A stretch of DNA of 64,000 nt from contig OZ271918.1 of assembly GCA_965602015.1 (NCBI GenBank), positions 32,001 through 96,000 on the forward strand. The letters are read 5' to 3'. The translations under genes and the position numbers were made by a program. The notes beneath the pieces were generated by a model. That model saw nothing but the letters and a program-made list of their open reading frames with translations. It did no database searches and was not told the origin of the DNA. Shown one piece after another: positions 35,973 to 45,686 of the stretch (position 1 is the stretch's first letter; each line of letters opens with the position of its first letter). Source of the stretch: Salinispira sp. GTDB taxonomy: Bacteria > Spirochaetota > Spirochaetia > DSM-27196 > Salinispiraceae.

Positions 35973-38566
35973 AGTATGCCGAGTACTATCGGGAAACCCT
36001 CAGGAAACTCAGCGAAACCAGCCCGGAACTGGTAAGACATTATGAGGAGATAAGCGCTCTACTCACCTCGCTGCAACCCCCCGATGAACAGCTAATGGCT
36101 GCCGCCGCCCGTCTTACATCGGCGTCCCGATACCAGTACCTGGCGCCGGGTTGGATTGCCATGGCCTGGCGCCGAAGAGAACTGACGCCGGTGTCCCGCA
36201 TTTGCGCGGCCCTTTCGGGAAGCCGAAGCGCCGGCGCCTTTATCAACGCCTATCCGGTGACCGGGGTTCCGGCGGCAATGCTGGAATCCGGGCTTGCGGC
36301 GCTGGACAGCCTCGGACGGGAGAAGGGGGTGACGGTTCATGCGGTGATTCCCTTCATAATGGCCCAAACGGACTCGCGTCGAGCCGTTGAGCTCCTTGAA
36401 GCCTTCGTTTCCATTCTGCGGGCGTCTCCCGAGGCAATGATGGAAGTGTATAACCTGATGCACAGCCGTCTGCGGAAAATCAGGCCTGAGCTCATGGAGC
36501 GCTGGCTGTACCGGGGAGTCGACCTGATCACCTCAGGGAGAATTGAAGAAGGCGTGGATTTCCTCCGGCTTCGAAGCCCCGACAGCCGATGGATGCTGGG
36601 AATAAAATCGGTGGTGCTGGGGGACATCCGGCGCTCCTTGAGGATATACGCGACAAGCGTCGCGGGACGCAGCATGTCCATCCATTCCCTCGAGATCAGC
36701 GCGGCGGGCATGCAGATTCCCTACAGCGATGGTCGGTCGATATTTCTCCCGGAAAGCATCAGCCTGTACCGGGACCGGCGGATTAACGAGCGGGTCTATT
36801 CCGCACTGGCGGCGATGCAGGCTGCCAGCATTTCCATGGGCAGTTTTGCCCTGAGGCTCGACGCCCTGGAGTTCATAAACGACATCAGGGAGCGCTACGC
36901 CACTGTTCTTCCGGACATAATGGATAATATACGCCGGCAGTATGCAAAAAGGGCAGAGACAATCCGGGAGCGGCCCAGCGGCGAGGTTGATGTCATTTAC
37001 CCCGGCGGCAGGACGGTGACGGTCCTCGAAACCCCTCTGGAGAAATTTTTCTACATGTTTCCCGCCCCGGACCTTGCCAGAGAGCTGTTCCGTGTCGCGG
37101 AAAACCGGCGGATCCGCTGGTCACTTTCCAGCCGCTACCCCGGACTCGATGAGGATTTTTCTCTGATGGCAAAGGGCTTTCCCCGGCTTTGGGACCCCGT
37201 GGCCGCGGCAAAGGCCAAAAGGGAGGAGCAGTTCCACTTCATCCTCGCGGGAATCGTGCAGCTGTCGGTGCAGCAGGCCTTTGACAGCTCGCTTTCCGGC
37301 GCCGTCCAGACCACCATGCTCCACATCCGGGAGGCCCTCCATCTGGTTGAGCGGCCCGGTTCCACGGTTGCCGACAGCGCCCGGGCCTGCTTCTTGATGT
37401 TCAACCAGCTCTACGAGCGCTACCCGGTCATCACCTATTGCGAGAGGCGGGATATCCGCGAGTCATTTGACTCTCCAGTTCACCCCGGCTATGCCCCTGA
37501 AATCGTATTCGACGTGAGTCCCGACCTTATTCCCGAGACGGCTCCCGGCAGACTGGAAACCGATACCAAGCAGGAAGGGGCAGCGGTAGACCTCACATCC
37601 ATGGCCGTGGAAAACCGTCGCCGCCAGGACGCCCGAAGCAGGCTATTGTCCGAGGACATCCGGTTGTACCGCTACCGGGAGTATCACAGCGGCCGCGGCG
37701 AGTACCTTCCGGGTCACTGCCTGTTGTATGAGCGGGAGCTTCTTCCCGGAAACCCCGCTGAGATTCAGATGCTCGCCCGGCGGTATGAGCAACTTCAAAA
37801 ACGCATACAGAAGCGATTTCTTATGCTCCAGCCCGAGAATCTGGAAATCAGCCGGCGCTGGGAAGCCGGCGATGAGCTACACATGGGCGACACCTTTGAT
37901 TTTCAGACCGATATCAGCCGGGGCGAGTCCCGAGATCAGAAAATATTTATCCGCCGCAGGAGGAATATCCGCGACATTGCCGTTGCCCTTCTCATCGATA
38001 CCAGCAGCTCCACCAGTGCCGAGCTGGACGGCATGTCGGTGCTCGACATCGAAAAGGCCGCCGTCATCCTCTTGGGGAACGCCCTGTGGTCCATCGGGGA
38101 CGTGTTCGGTATTTACGCATTCTATTCCCGTGGACGGAGGGAAGTGAACTTTAACGTGGTCAAGGATTTCGAGGAGACCTGGCACGATCCGGTGCGCTCC
38201 CGCCTGGCGAGCGTGGTGCCCTCCGATTCAAACCGGGACGGCTGCGCAATCCGGCATGCCGCGGCGAAACTGGCCGAACGCCGGGAAAAAACCCGGCTGC
38301 TTCTGATGCTCAGCGACGGCATCCCCGCCGATCCGGGTTACGGGGGCAGGGACGGCGATAAAACCTCATCCTATGCGATAGAAGACACCAGAAAGGCGGT
38401 TTTGGAAGCCCGGCAGGCGGGGCTTCACAGTTACTGCCTCACCATCGACCGGGAAGCCAGGGAGTATATTCCCCGGCTCTACGGCGACTTCCGCTACTCA
38501 ATCCTTAACGATGTTGAGCAGCTGCCCGAACGGCTGAGCAATCTGTATTTGAGAATTACCCACTAG
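35969..38566 (+). CDS. CbbO/NorD-type vWA adaptor protein
   Basis: C-terminal vWA with LIDTSSST, NRDGCAIRHA, LSDG, IEDTRKAVLEAR, CLTIDREAREY; ATGA coupling to the ATPase. Confidence 0.88.
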   Translation: MKYAEYYRETLRKLSETSPELVRHYEEISALLTSLQPPDEQLMAAAARLTSASRYQYLAPGWIAMAWRRRELTPVSRICAALSGSRSAGAFINAYPVTGVPAAMLESGLAALDSLGREKGVTVHAVIPFIMAQTDSRRAVELLEAFVSILRASPEAMMEVYNLMHSRLRKIRPELMERWLYRGVDLITSGRIEEGVDFLRLRSPDSRWMLGIKSVVLGDIRRSLRIYATSVAGRSMSIHSLEISAAGMQIPYSDGRSIFLPESISLYRDRRINERVYSALAAMQAASISMGSFALRLDALEFINDIRERYATVLPDIMDNIRRQYAKRAETIRERPSGEVDVIYPGGRTVTVLETPLEKFFYMFPAPDLARELFRVAENRRIRWSLSSRYPGLDEDFSLMAKGFPRLWDPVAAAKAKREEQFHFILAGIVQLSVQQAFDSSLSGAVQTTMLHIREALHLVERPGSTVADSARACFLMFNQLYERYPVITYCERRDIRESFDSPVHPGYAPEIVFDVSPDLIPETAPGRLETDTKQEGAAVDLTSMAVENRRRQDARSRLLSEDIRLYRYREYHSGRGEYLPGHCLLYERELLPGNPAEIQMLARRYEQLQKRIQKRFLMLQPENLEISRRWEAGDELHMGDTFDFQTDISRGESRDQKIFIRRRRNIRDIAVALLIDTSSSTSAELDGMSVLDIEKAAVILLGNALWSIGDVFGIYAFYSRGRREVNFNVVKDFEETWHDPVRSRLASVVPSDSNRDGCAIRHAAAKLAERREKTRLLLMLSDGIPADPGYGGRDGDKTSSYAIEDTRKAVLEARQAGLHSYCLTIDREAREYIPRLYGDFRYSILNDVEQLPERLSNLYLRITH

Positions 38567-38627
38567 TGCGAAACCGCGCTTGCCTGCCCTCTATGCCCGG
38601 TGAAGCGAGCATAAGAGGGCACTAGCC

Positions 38628-40313
38628 TCAGTCCCGGGTAAGGCTCCGGTACACAATGCGGTGGGGCCGGTCTGCGTCGGATCCCAGGCGCTTGCGCTTG
38701 TCTTCCTCGTACTCACTGTAGTTCCCGTCGAACCACCGGACCTGGCTTTCCCCCTCGAAGGCCAGGATGTGGGTGCAGATGCGGTCAAGGAACCAGCGGT
38801 CGTGGCTGATGACAACGGCGCAGCCGGCGAAACGGTCCAGGGCTTCTTCAAGGGCCCGCATGGTGTTGACGTCCAGGTCGTTGGTTGGCTCGTCGAGGAG
38901 GATAACGTTGGCTCCGCTGCGCACCATGAGGGCGAGATTCACTCGGTTGCGCTCTCCGCCTGACAGATCGCCGACTTTTTTCTGCTGGTCGGATCCGTTG
39001 AAATTGAACCAGCTCACGAAGGCCCGGCTGTTTATGTCCTTTTCGCCCAGGCGGATGATGTCCTGACCGTCGGAGAGCTGTTCCCACACGGTTTTTGCGG
39101 GATCCAGGTCGCTGCGCATCTGGTCCACAAAGCCAAGCTTCGCCGTTTCGCCGAGCCTGATGCTGCCTCCGTCGGGTTTTTCGTCTCCGGTTATCATTTT
39201 AAAGAGGGTGGTCTTTCCGGCGCCGTTAGGTCCGATGATGCCGATAACGCCTCCGGGAGGCAGGGTGAAACTAAGGTTGTCGTACAGCAGTTTGTCGCCG
39301 AAGGCTTTGCGCACCCCCTCGGCCTCGATGACGATGTCCCCGAGCCTGGGGCCTGGAGGGATGAACAGCTTGAGGTCCCTGGCCGACGGTTCCCGCCCGC
39401 CCTCGGACAGGAGCTTTTCGTAGTTGGTTATCCTGCTCTTGGCCTTGGCGTGGCGGCCCTTGGGGCTCATGTTGATCCATTCGAGCTCCCGCTGCAGGGT
39501 TTTCTGCCGCTCGCTCTCGCTTTTCTCTTCCTTGGCCAGGCGCTGCCGCTTCTGGTCGAGCCAGCTGGAATAATTGCCCTTCCATGGAATGCCTTCACCC
39601 CTATCCAGCTCGAGAATCCAGCCGGCAACGTTATCCAGGAAGTAGCGGTCATGGGTAACGGCGATGATGGTTCCGGGGTATTGCTGGAGATGCCGTTCCA
39701 GCCACGCGATAGACTCGGCGTCCAGGTGGTTGGTGGGCTCGTCCAGCAGGAGAATATCCGGCTGTTTGAGAAGAAGCCTGCACAGGGCTACCCGGCGGCG
39801 CTCTCCGCCTGAAAGGGTATCCACGGTTTGCTCCGGCGGCGGACAGCGCAGGGCATCCATTGCCAGTTCAAGCCGGCTGTCCAGATCCCAGGCGTTGGTG
39901 GCGTCCAGTTTTTCCTGTACTTCCCCCTGACGTTCAAGAAGCTTGTCCATATCGGCGTCGGGATCGCCGAAGGCTTCATTGATTGCGTCGTATTCCGCCA
40001 GCAGATCGACGGTCTCCTGAGCCCCTTCGGCCACAATATCCCTGACGGTTTTGCCGGCTTCCAGCTGGGGCTCCTGCTCGAGGTACCCCACGGAGAAACC
40101 CGGGCTGACGGATATTTCCCCGTTGTAATCCTGATCGACTCCAGCCATGATCTTCAGCAGGGTGGACTTACCCGAGCCGTTGAGACCGATAACCCCGATT
40201 TTCGCGCCGTAAAAATAGGAGAGACTGATGTCTTTTATTACCTGCCGGGTTCCGTGGTGCCGACTCACCTTGTACATGGAATAAATAACTTTTTTATCTT
40301 CACCGTTGCTCAT
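38628..40313 (-). CDS. ettA: Energy-dependent translational throttle ABC-F protein
   Basis: SLSYFYGAKIGVIGLNGSGKST, AMDALRCP, two ABC cassettes, THDRYFLDNVAGWILELDRG. Confidence 0.93.
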   Translation of the reverse strand: MSNGEDKKVIYSMYKVSRHHGTRQVIKDISLSYFYGAKIGVIGLNGSGKSTLLKIMAGVDQDYNGEISVSPGFSVGYLEQEPQLEAGKTVRDIVAEGAQETVDLLAEYDAINEAFGDPDADMDKLLERQGEVQEKLDATNAWDLDSRLELAMDALRCPPPEQTVDTLSGGERRRVALCRLLLKQPDILLLDEPTNHLDAESIAWLERHLQQYPGTIIAVTHDRYFLDNVAGWILELDRGEGIPWKGNYSSWLDQKRQRLAKEEKSESERQKTLQRELEWINMSPKGRHAKAKSRITNYEKLLSEGGREPSARDLKLFIPPGPRLGDIVIEAEGVRKAFGDKLLYDNLSFTLPPGGVIGIIGPNGAGKTTLFKMITGDEKPDGGSIRLGETAKLGFVDQMRSDLDPAKTVWEQLSDGQDIIRLGEKDINSRAFVSWFNFNGSDQQKKVGDLSGGERNRVNLALMVRSGANVILLDEPTNDLDVNTMRALEEALDRFAGCAVVISHDRWFLDRICTHILAFEGESQVRWFDGNYSEYEEDKRKRLGSDADRPHRIVYRSLTRD

Positions 40314-40393
40314 AGGGCTGAGATTATACGCCCTTCACAGCGTAAATGAAATACGCATTCCCATTTTGAGCAAATGATGGGGCAATTTATACC

Positions 40394-40438
40394 TTGATCA
40401 TGTGACGTATCATCACTAATATAGGACAAAATGTCATA
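40394..40438 (+). promoter_or_regulatory. Putative sigma70 promoter with two TGAC-N5-GTCA-like operator sites
   Basis: TTGATC-17nt-TAATAT; imperfect palindromes gtgac-gtatc-atcac (40402-40416) and aggac-aaaat-gtcat (40423-40437) just upstream of a TetR gene. Confidence 0.5.
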
Positions 40439-40450
40439 GAGGATTATGCG

Positions 40451-41065
40451 GTGATACATCAGACCTTTTTCCGTTTAGCGGAGAAAAAAAAACGGGCTAT
40501 ACTCGATGCCCTCACTGAGGAATTCACACGGGTTCCCGCAGCCGACGCCAGAATCTCACACATTGTGAAGCGTGCGGGAATCGCCCGTGGGAGCTTCTAC
40601 CAGTACTTCGACGGCACAGCCGACGCGGAACAGGCGCTTCTCAAGGACATGGGGGCTCGGCGCTTCGCGGAGCTGACGGCGATGCTGGCAGAATGCCAAG
40701 GCGATATTTTTGCATCGATCGAAAAACTCTTTGCCCGGGAACTCAAACGACTAGAGAATCCCCGGTTCGCCGATCTGCTGCGCAACCTGTCTATTCCCCG
40801 GATGGACGCCATCAGCCGGGGCGAATCTCACGACCCGCAGAAACCCGACCCCCTCGCCCTGCTTTCCGCAATGAATCTCGATTCATTTAAAGCCACCGAT
40901 GTCAGCTTTGCGATTACCGCCGTCGAGCTTGCGCTGCAATCAGTCGAACGGCTCTTATGGTCGGTGATTGACGGTCAGCTGGCTTACGCCGAGGCCCCGA
41001 TTGCCTGTCAACGAGTTCTTGAGATAATCCGCTTCGGCGCATGCCGCACAGGAGATACCCAGTGA
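40451..41065 (+). CDS. TetR/AcrR family transcriptional regulator
   Basis: TFFRLAEKKKRAILDA..EEF...ISHIVKRAGIARGSFYQYF HTH. Confidence 0.88.
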   Translation: MIHQTFFRLAEKKKRAILDALTEEFTRVPAADARISHIVKRAGIARGSFYQYFDGTADAEQALLKDMGARRFAELTAMLAECQGDIFASIEKLFARELKRLENPRFADLLRNLSIPRMDAISRGESHDPQKPDPLALLSAMNLDSFKATDVSFAITAVELALQSVERLLWSVIDGQLAYAEAPIACQRVLEIIRFGACRTGDTQ

Positions 41066-42297
41066 AAATATCCATACTAACCACCGGTTCCCGGGGGGAT
41101 ATGCAGCCGTTAGCTGCCCTCGGCGCCCAATTGGCCAAGAGGGGTGCCTCTGTCACCCTGGCTACTTCGTCCCGATATGAATCATGGTGCCGGGGCCTCG
41201 GAATGGATTTCCACAAGGTCCGGGGAGACGTAAGCGAGCTGATAAAAAGCGGCGAGCTCAGCAATGCGATAAACGCCGATAATCCCGTCAAGGCCTTAAA
41301 AGCGCTGAATGATCGGCGTTTTGCCGAACTGCTCGACCGAGCGAGCAAAGACCTCTTGGCTGCCTGCGAAGGGGCCGAGCTGATATTGCACCACCCGGGG
41401 GCGGGAATCGGCAGCATGTACGGCCGGGCCGCCGGAATTCCCGCATATGTTGCCTCGCCCTTTCCCCTGACCCCCACCGCGAACTACCCCTCATTGCTCT
41501 TTGCGCGCCTCCCGCTGCCCCGGTTCGCCAATCGCTTAACCCATGTGCTCTTCCTTCGGGCATTCTGGTGTGCCACCGGGGGCAGCGGAGTCCGGGTTGC
41601 CAGGGAAGCGGGGCTTATATCAACCCGGCGTCCGGAGAATCCCCTCCTGGGCAGCAAGCCGGTATTTGTGTCCAGCAGCGACTACGTCTTTCCCGTTGAA
41701 CGCCCATCCGTGGCGACGGGCTTCTGGTTTGTCGATGACGAACCGTTCGAACCGCCGGCGGCCCTGAAGGCCTTCCTCGAATCCGGTGATCCCCCCCTGT
41801 ACGCGGGATTCGGCAGCGTAGGGAATCCCGCCCGGGCCCGGGAAACCGGCGAAATTCTGCTTACCGCCGCCAGAAGCGCCGGCAAACGTCTGCTCATCGC
41901 CGGGGGTTACGGCGGACTGGAACTGGATTCGGATACCGGGGACGATGTGCTGTTTATCGAGTCTGCACCCCACAGCTGGCTCTTTCCCCGGGTTTCCGCG
42001 GTTATACACCACGGAGGCGCTGGTACCACAGCAGCGGGCTTGCGGGCCGGAGTGCCGTCCATCATTATCCCCCACGGCAACGACCAGTTCGCCTGGGCCC
42101 GGGCAGTCCAGCGTTTGGGAGTCGGCTGTGCTCTGCCTGGGGTAAAACGGATAAACGCCGCCGACCTGGTCCGGGCAATAAAAGCCAGCGCCGAGTCCGC
42201 CATTGGCAGGGCCGCCTCGGACCTTGGCGAAAAAATCCGTAGCGAGGCCGGGGCCCCGGCCATGGCGGAACACATCCTTAGACTCGGCGAAGGATAG
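41062..42297 (+). CDS. GT1/GT28-type glycosyltransferase (sterol-glucosyltransferase-like)
   Basis: TTGSRGDMQP, YAGFGS, PHSWLFPRVSAVIHHGGAGTTAAGLRAGVP, DQFAW; GTGA coupling with tetR. Confidence 0.9.
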   Translation: MKISILTTGSRGDMQPLAALGAQLAKRGASVTLATSSRYESWCRGLGMDFHKVRGDVSELIKSGELSNAINADNPVKALKALNDRRFAELLDRASKDLLAACEGAELILHHPGAGIGSMYGRAAGIPAYVASPFPLTPTANYPSLLFARLPLPRFANRLTHVLFLRAFWCATGGSGVRVAREAGLISTRRPENPLLGSKPVFVSSSDYVFPVERPSVATGFWFVDDEPFEPPAALKAFLESGDPPLYAGFGSVGNPARARETGEILLTAARSAGKRLLIAGGYGGLELDSDTGDDVLFIESAPHSWLFPRVSAVIHHGGAGTTAAGLRAGVPSIIIPHGNDQFAWARAVQRLGVGCALPGVKRINAADLVRAIKASAESAIGRAASDLGEKIRSEAGAPAMAEHILRLGEG

Positions 42298-42405
42298 TTT
42301 TCATCAAAGCCAAAAGAATGCCGAAATTTCTGGCTAAAACGAGGATTGTGCTTTAGGCTTAGATACAGGGTTTATCCTGATTAAGAATCAGCCTGGAGGT
42401 TTTCC

Positions 42406-43269
42406 GTGAATAAACGTCCTTACGGATCAAGCGGCATTGAGCTCTCGGTAGTGGGGTTCGGCGGCATCCGGGTCATGAACGAGAGCGCCGCCGAGTCGGA
42501 CCGGGCGGTAGGCATGGCCATCGACGCAGGCATTAACTATTTCGATGTGGCTCCCAATTACGGCGACGCCCAAAGCATGCTCGGGCCGGCGCTCAGCCCG
42601 TATCGGAAAGATGTTTTTTTAGCCTGCAAATCCCAAATCCGGGACGCCGACGGTGCCCGGAGCGAACTCGAGCAGTCGCTAAAGCTATTAAAGACCGACT
42701 GCTTCGATCTGTACCAGCTGCACGCCGTGGCCAGCAGGGAAGATGTCGAAGAGATTCTTTCCCCGGGCGGCGCCTTGGAGACCCTCGACCGGGCGAAACG
42801 GGACGGCTTTGCCCGTCACCTTGGATTTTCAGCCCACAGCGAGGAGGCCGCGCTGGCCCTCCTCGAAGCCTACGACTTTGATTCAATCCTGTTCCCGGTT
42901 AATTGGACGACCTGGTTCGCAGGAGATTTCGGGAAGAAGGTCCTTCCCGCAGCCCGGGAAAAGGGCGTAACGGTGCTCGCCCTCAAAGCCCTGGCCAAAC
43001 ACGCGGTTCCCGACGGAGAAAAAAGCCCCAGGGAGAAAACCTGGTACTGGCCGGTTGAAAGCTACCGGGAAGCCCTCGAGGGTCTGCGCTTTAGTTTGGG
43101 CATGGAGGGGGTGTGCGCCGCGGTAAGCCCGGGGGACAGCCAGTTATTTGAGTGGATGATCCGCGCGGAATCCGAGTACCGTCCGTTAGATGAAGCCGAA
43201 CTTGCAGAGCTTGAACGTCGTGCCGGTAATCGGTCACTGATTTTCGACGCAAAACACTCCCAATGGTAG
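42406..43269 (+). CDS. Aldo/keto reductase
   Basis: SVVGFGG, GINYFDVAPNYG, FLACK, DLYQLH, HLGFSAH. Confidence 0.9.
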   Translation: MNKRPYGSSGIELSVVGFGGIRVMNESAAESDRAVGMAIDAGINYFDVAPNYGDAQSMLGPALSPYRKDVFLACKSQIRDADGARSELEQSLKLLKTDCFDLYQLHAVASREDVEEILSPGGALETLDRAKRDGFARHLGFSAHSEEAALALLEAYDFDSILFPVNWTTWFAGDFGKKVLPAAREKGVTVLALKALAKHAVPDGEKSPREKTWYWPVESYREALEGLRFSLGMEGVCAAVSPGDSQLFEWMIRAESEYRPLDEAELAELERRAGNRSLIFDAKHSQW

Positions 43270-43285
43270 ACCGACGGATATCCCG

Positions 43286-44473
43286 ATGAAAAAAATCCCG
43301 TATCTCACATTACCGGTGTTCATTCTTGTATTTATGTCCGCAGGCCTTTCGGCGCAAATGGACCTGCTGCCGTTTATCTTCCGGGATATACCGCCGGAAA
43401 TCGAGCAGGGACTTCCCGAGGATATGACATTTGAGGAATTCAGCCAGCTAAACCGCAACATCGATTTTTTTACCGTCGGCATGAGCATGATAGTTCCGGG
43501 TTACGGATACTTTGCGGTTGAGCGTCCCGGGGCGGGATATTCGATTCTCGCCGGAAGACTCGCCGGATACGGGCTTATGGCTACGGCGCTTGTCCGCCAG
43601 TGGGACGATTTCCGCGATATCTGGGACAGCGCGGAAATCAGCTCGGAGGACTGGCAACGCCTTAAGGTCAACGGATTCCTCTTCGGCTCCGGCGCCATGG
43701 TGAATTTCCTGTTGTGGGGACTGGACGTGCTGGGAGCGTATCACGTCTCGGTGCAGGAACGGAACTGGGTGATATATCACCACGGTATTTCAGTTCAAAT
43801 GAGGAACACCGGAGAAGGGGATTCGGACGTCATACGGTTTTACCGGGAACAGGACGATCCGATGAGCCGTCTTTGGCTGCGCTCCCGCCTGTGGCAGCTC
43901 ATCGGCGGGTATTATGGCGAGAATCCTCCGTTGTTGGATCCTCATGAAGCATACGGCTACCTGGCGGAAATCGAACTGGGCGAGGGCCAGCCGGCCCGGG
44001 CTATGGCTCTGGTGCTGCAGGGCCTGAGTATTCCGCAGGGTACCCGTCCGGAGACTCTCCTGGGCCTGGGGATCGAAATACTCTCCCATCCCTCCCAGAT
44101 GCCATGGGAAAGCGACCGGGGGGAGCTCTGGTCAACCATGAACGCCCTGGCCGCCGGAGAGACGGACTTCCCGGCGGTAATCGAAATGGCTGTCCGGCTG
44201 ACCGATCGCTCGTTGCGACGGGAGTTGGTGGCGGCGGCAAACCGTTACCTCAAGGCGCCGAATCTGCCGGTCTCCGGGGACCGGGTGCTCATGGCGCTTG
44301 AAGCGCTCTGGCGGCAGGATGGGGAAATCCGCTTGGCGGCAATGGCCGCGGCGAAGCTAATCGCCTTCTACCCCGATAGTCCGCTGCTCAGCCGGGCGAT
44401 ATTGCAGGCGGAGAAAAACTTCGGCGAACTGGAAGATGAAATTGCTCTGGAACAGCTGCGGCAGTATTATTAA
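43286..44473 (+). CDS. Hypothetical exported/membrane protein with helical (TPR-like) C-terminus
   Basis: Signal peptide, two TM-like segments, LIAFYPDSP TPR-like end. Confidence 0.55.
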   Translation: MKKIPYLTLPVFILVFMSAGLSAQMDLLPFIFRDIPPEIEQGLPEDMTFEEFSQLNRNIDFFTVGMSMIVPGYGYFAVERPGAGYSILAGRLAGYGLMATALVRQWDDFRDIWDSAEISSEDWQRLKVNGFLFGSGAMVNFLLWGLDVLGAYHVSVQERNWVIYHHGISVQMRNTGEGDSDVIRFYREQDDPMSRLWLRSRLWQLIGGYYGENPPLLDPHEAYGYLAEIELGEGQPARAMALVLQGLSIPQGTRPETLLGLGIEILSHPSQMPWESDRGELWSTMNALAAGETDFPAVIEMAVRLTDRSLRRELVAAANRYLKAPNLPVSGDRVLMALEALWRQDGEIRLAAMAAAKLIAFYPDSPLLSRAILQAEKNFGELEDEIALEQLRQYY

Positions 44474-44476
44474 GGC

Positions 44477-45661
44477 ATGTCAAAATACAATACTACAGCC
44501 CAATCTTATCGGGATTTCTATGATGAATTACCTGAAATAAACAGTTTCGCCGGGGGACTCCAGGGAAAATCTGCCGCCCTGCCTCACGACTGGTATGTGG
44601 TGATGACCGACGTGGTCTCGTCCACACAAGCCATTGAGAACGGAAGGTACAAAACAGTCAACATCGCCGGGGCCCTTCCCATCATCGCCATAGCCCGAAT
44701 TTACGGGACTCTCAAACGGCCCTTCGTTTTCGGAGGGGACGGGATGACATTTCTTGTAGATCCCCAGCATATCGATGAGGTCCGGCTTGTTTTATCCCGG
44801 GTCCTGCGGGATATCGGCGATTTGTACGGTCTGGAAATGCGCGCTGCGGCCATTCCCGCATCCCAGCTTCACATGCGCGATGCCCAGCTCATGATTTCCA
44901 AGGTTCGGGTCAGCAGCCAGTACGTCCAGGCATTTTTTCACGGTGGGGGGATTTTGATGGCCGAAGAAATGCTAAAAGGCGATCAGGGTGAAAGCTATGC
45001 AATAGCTCCCGCGACGGACCGGGAAACCGTAAACTACGACGGATTTACCTGCCGTTGGGCCGACGTCCCAAGTCACACCGGCATCACTGCGGCGATTATC
45101 GTCGAACCCCGGGGCGATCAGGATCCCATGGAAATACTCGGCATCATGGAAGAGGTGTTGGGAGCCGATGGCGATTACCATCCCCTCCGAATCGACAACA
45201 TGCGGATGGGCGGAGCCAAGTCCGCGTGGACTGCACCCTTTTTGGCAAAGAGTCATGGACGGAAAAACCTTGCCTATTTCATAATGGCTGCCTGGGGATG
45301 GTTCGAGATATTCGTCGCCCGGATCATGTATACCCTGGGCATCCCCCTGCAGTACGGAATATATAACCTGGGCAAAGCCCGGGAACAGAATATCGAGAAC
45401 TCGGACTTCAGAAAATACGAAGGCGCTCTCAAAATGATCGTCGCCCTCGATGATTCCCAGCTCGAAGACCTGCGCGCCCGGCTTGAAAAAAAACGCCTCG
45501 CCGGATCGGTATTTTACGGGATTCACACCAGCGCCGAGGCTCACATGACCTGCATCGCAACCGTGGAAGCCGGCGACGATGTACACTTCATCGACGCGAG
45601 CAACGGCGGCTATGCCCTGGCGGCCAGGGAGCTCAAGAACCAGAAAAAGTCCGCGGCATAA
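44477..45661 (+). CDS. DUF3095 family protein
   Basis: LPHDWYVVMTDVVSSTQAIENGRYKTVN, PFVFGGDG, NSDFRKY, VHFIDASNGGYALAA. Confidence 0.8.
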   Translation: MSKYNTTAQSYRDFYDELPEINSFAGGLQGKSAALPHDWYVVMTDVVSSTQAIENGRYKTVNIAGALPIIAIARIYGTLKRPFVFGGDGMTFLVDPQHIDEVRLVLSRVLRDIGDLYGLEMRAAAIPASQLHMRDAQLMISKVRVSSQYVQAFFHGGGILMAEEMLKGDQGESYAIAPATDRETVNYDGFTCRWADVPSHTGITAAIIVEPRGDQDPMEILGIMEEVLGADGDYHPLRIDNMRMGGAKSAWTAPFLAKSHGRKNLAYFIMAAWGWFEIFVARIMYTLGIPLQYGIYNLGKAREQNIENSDFRKYEGALKMIVALDDSQLEDLRARLEKKRLAGSVFYGIHTSAEAHMTCIATVEAGDDVHFIDASNGGYALAARELKNQKKSAA

Positions 45662-45686
45662 ATGCACTGAACCGGAAGACCATCAA

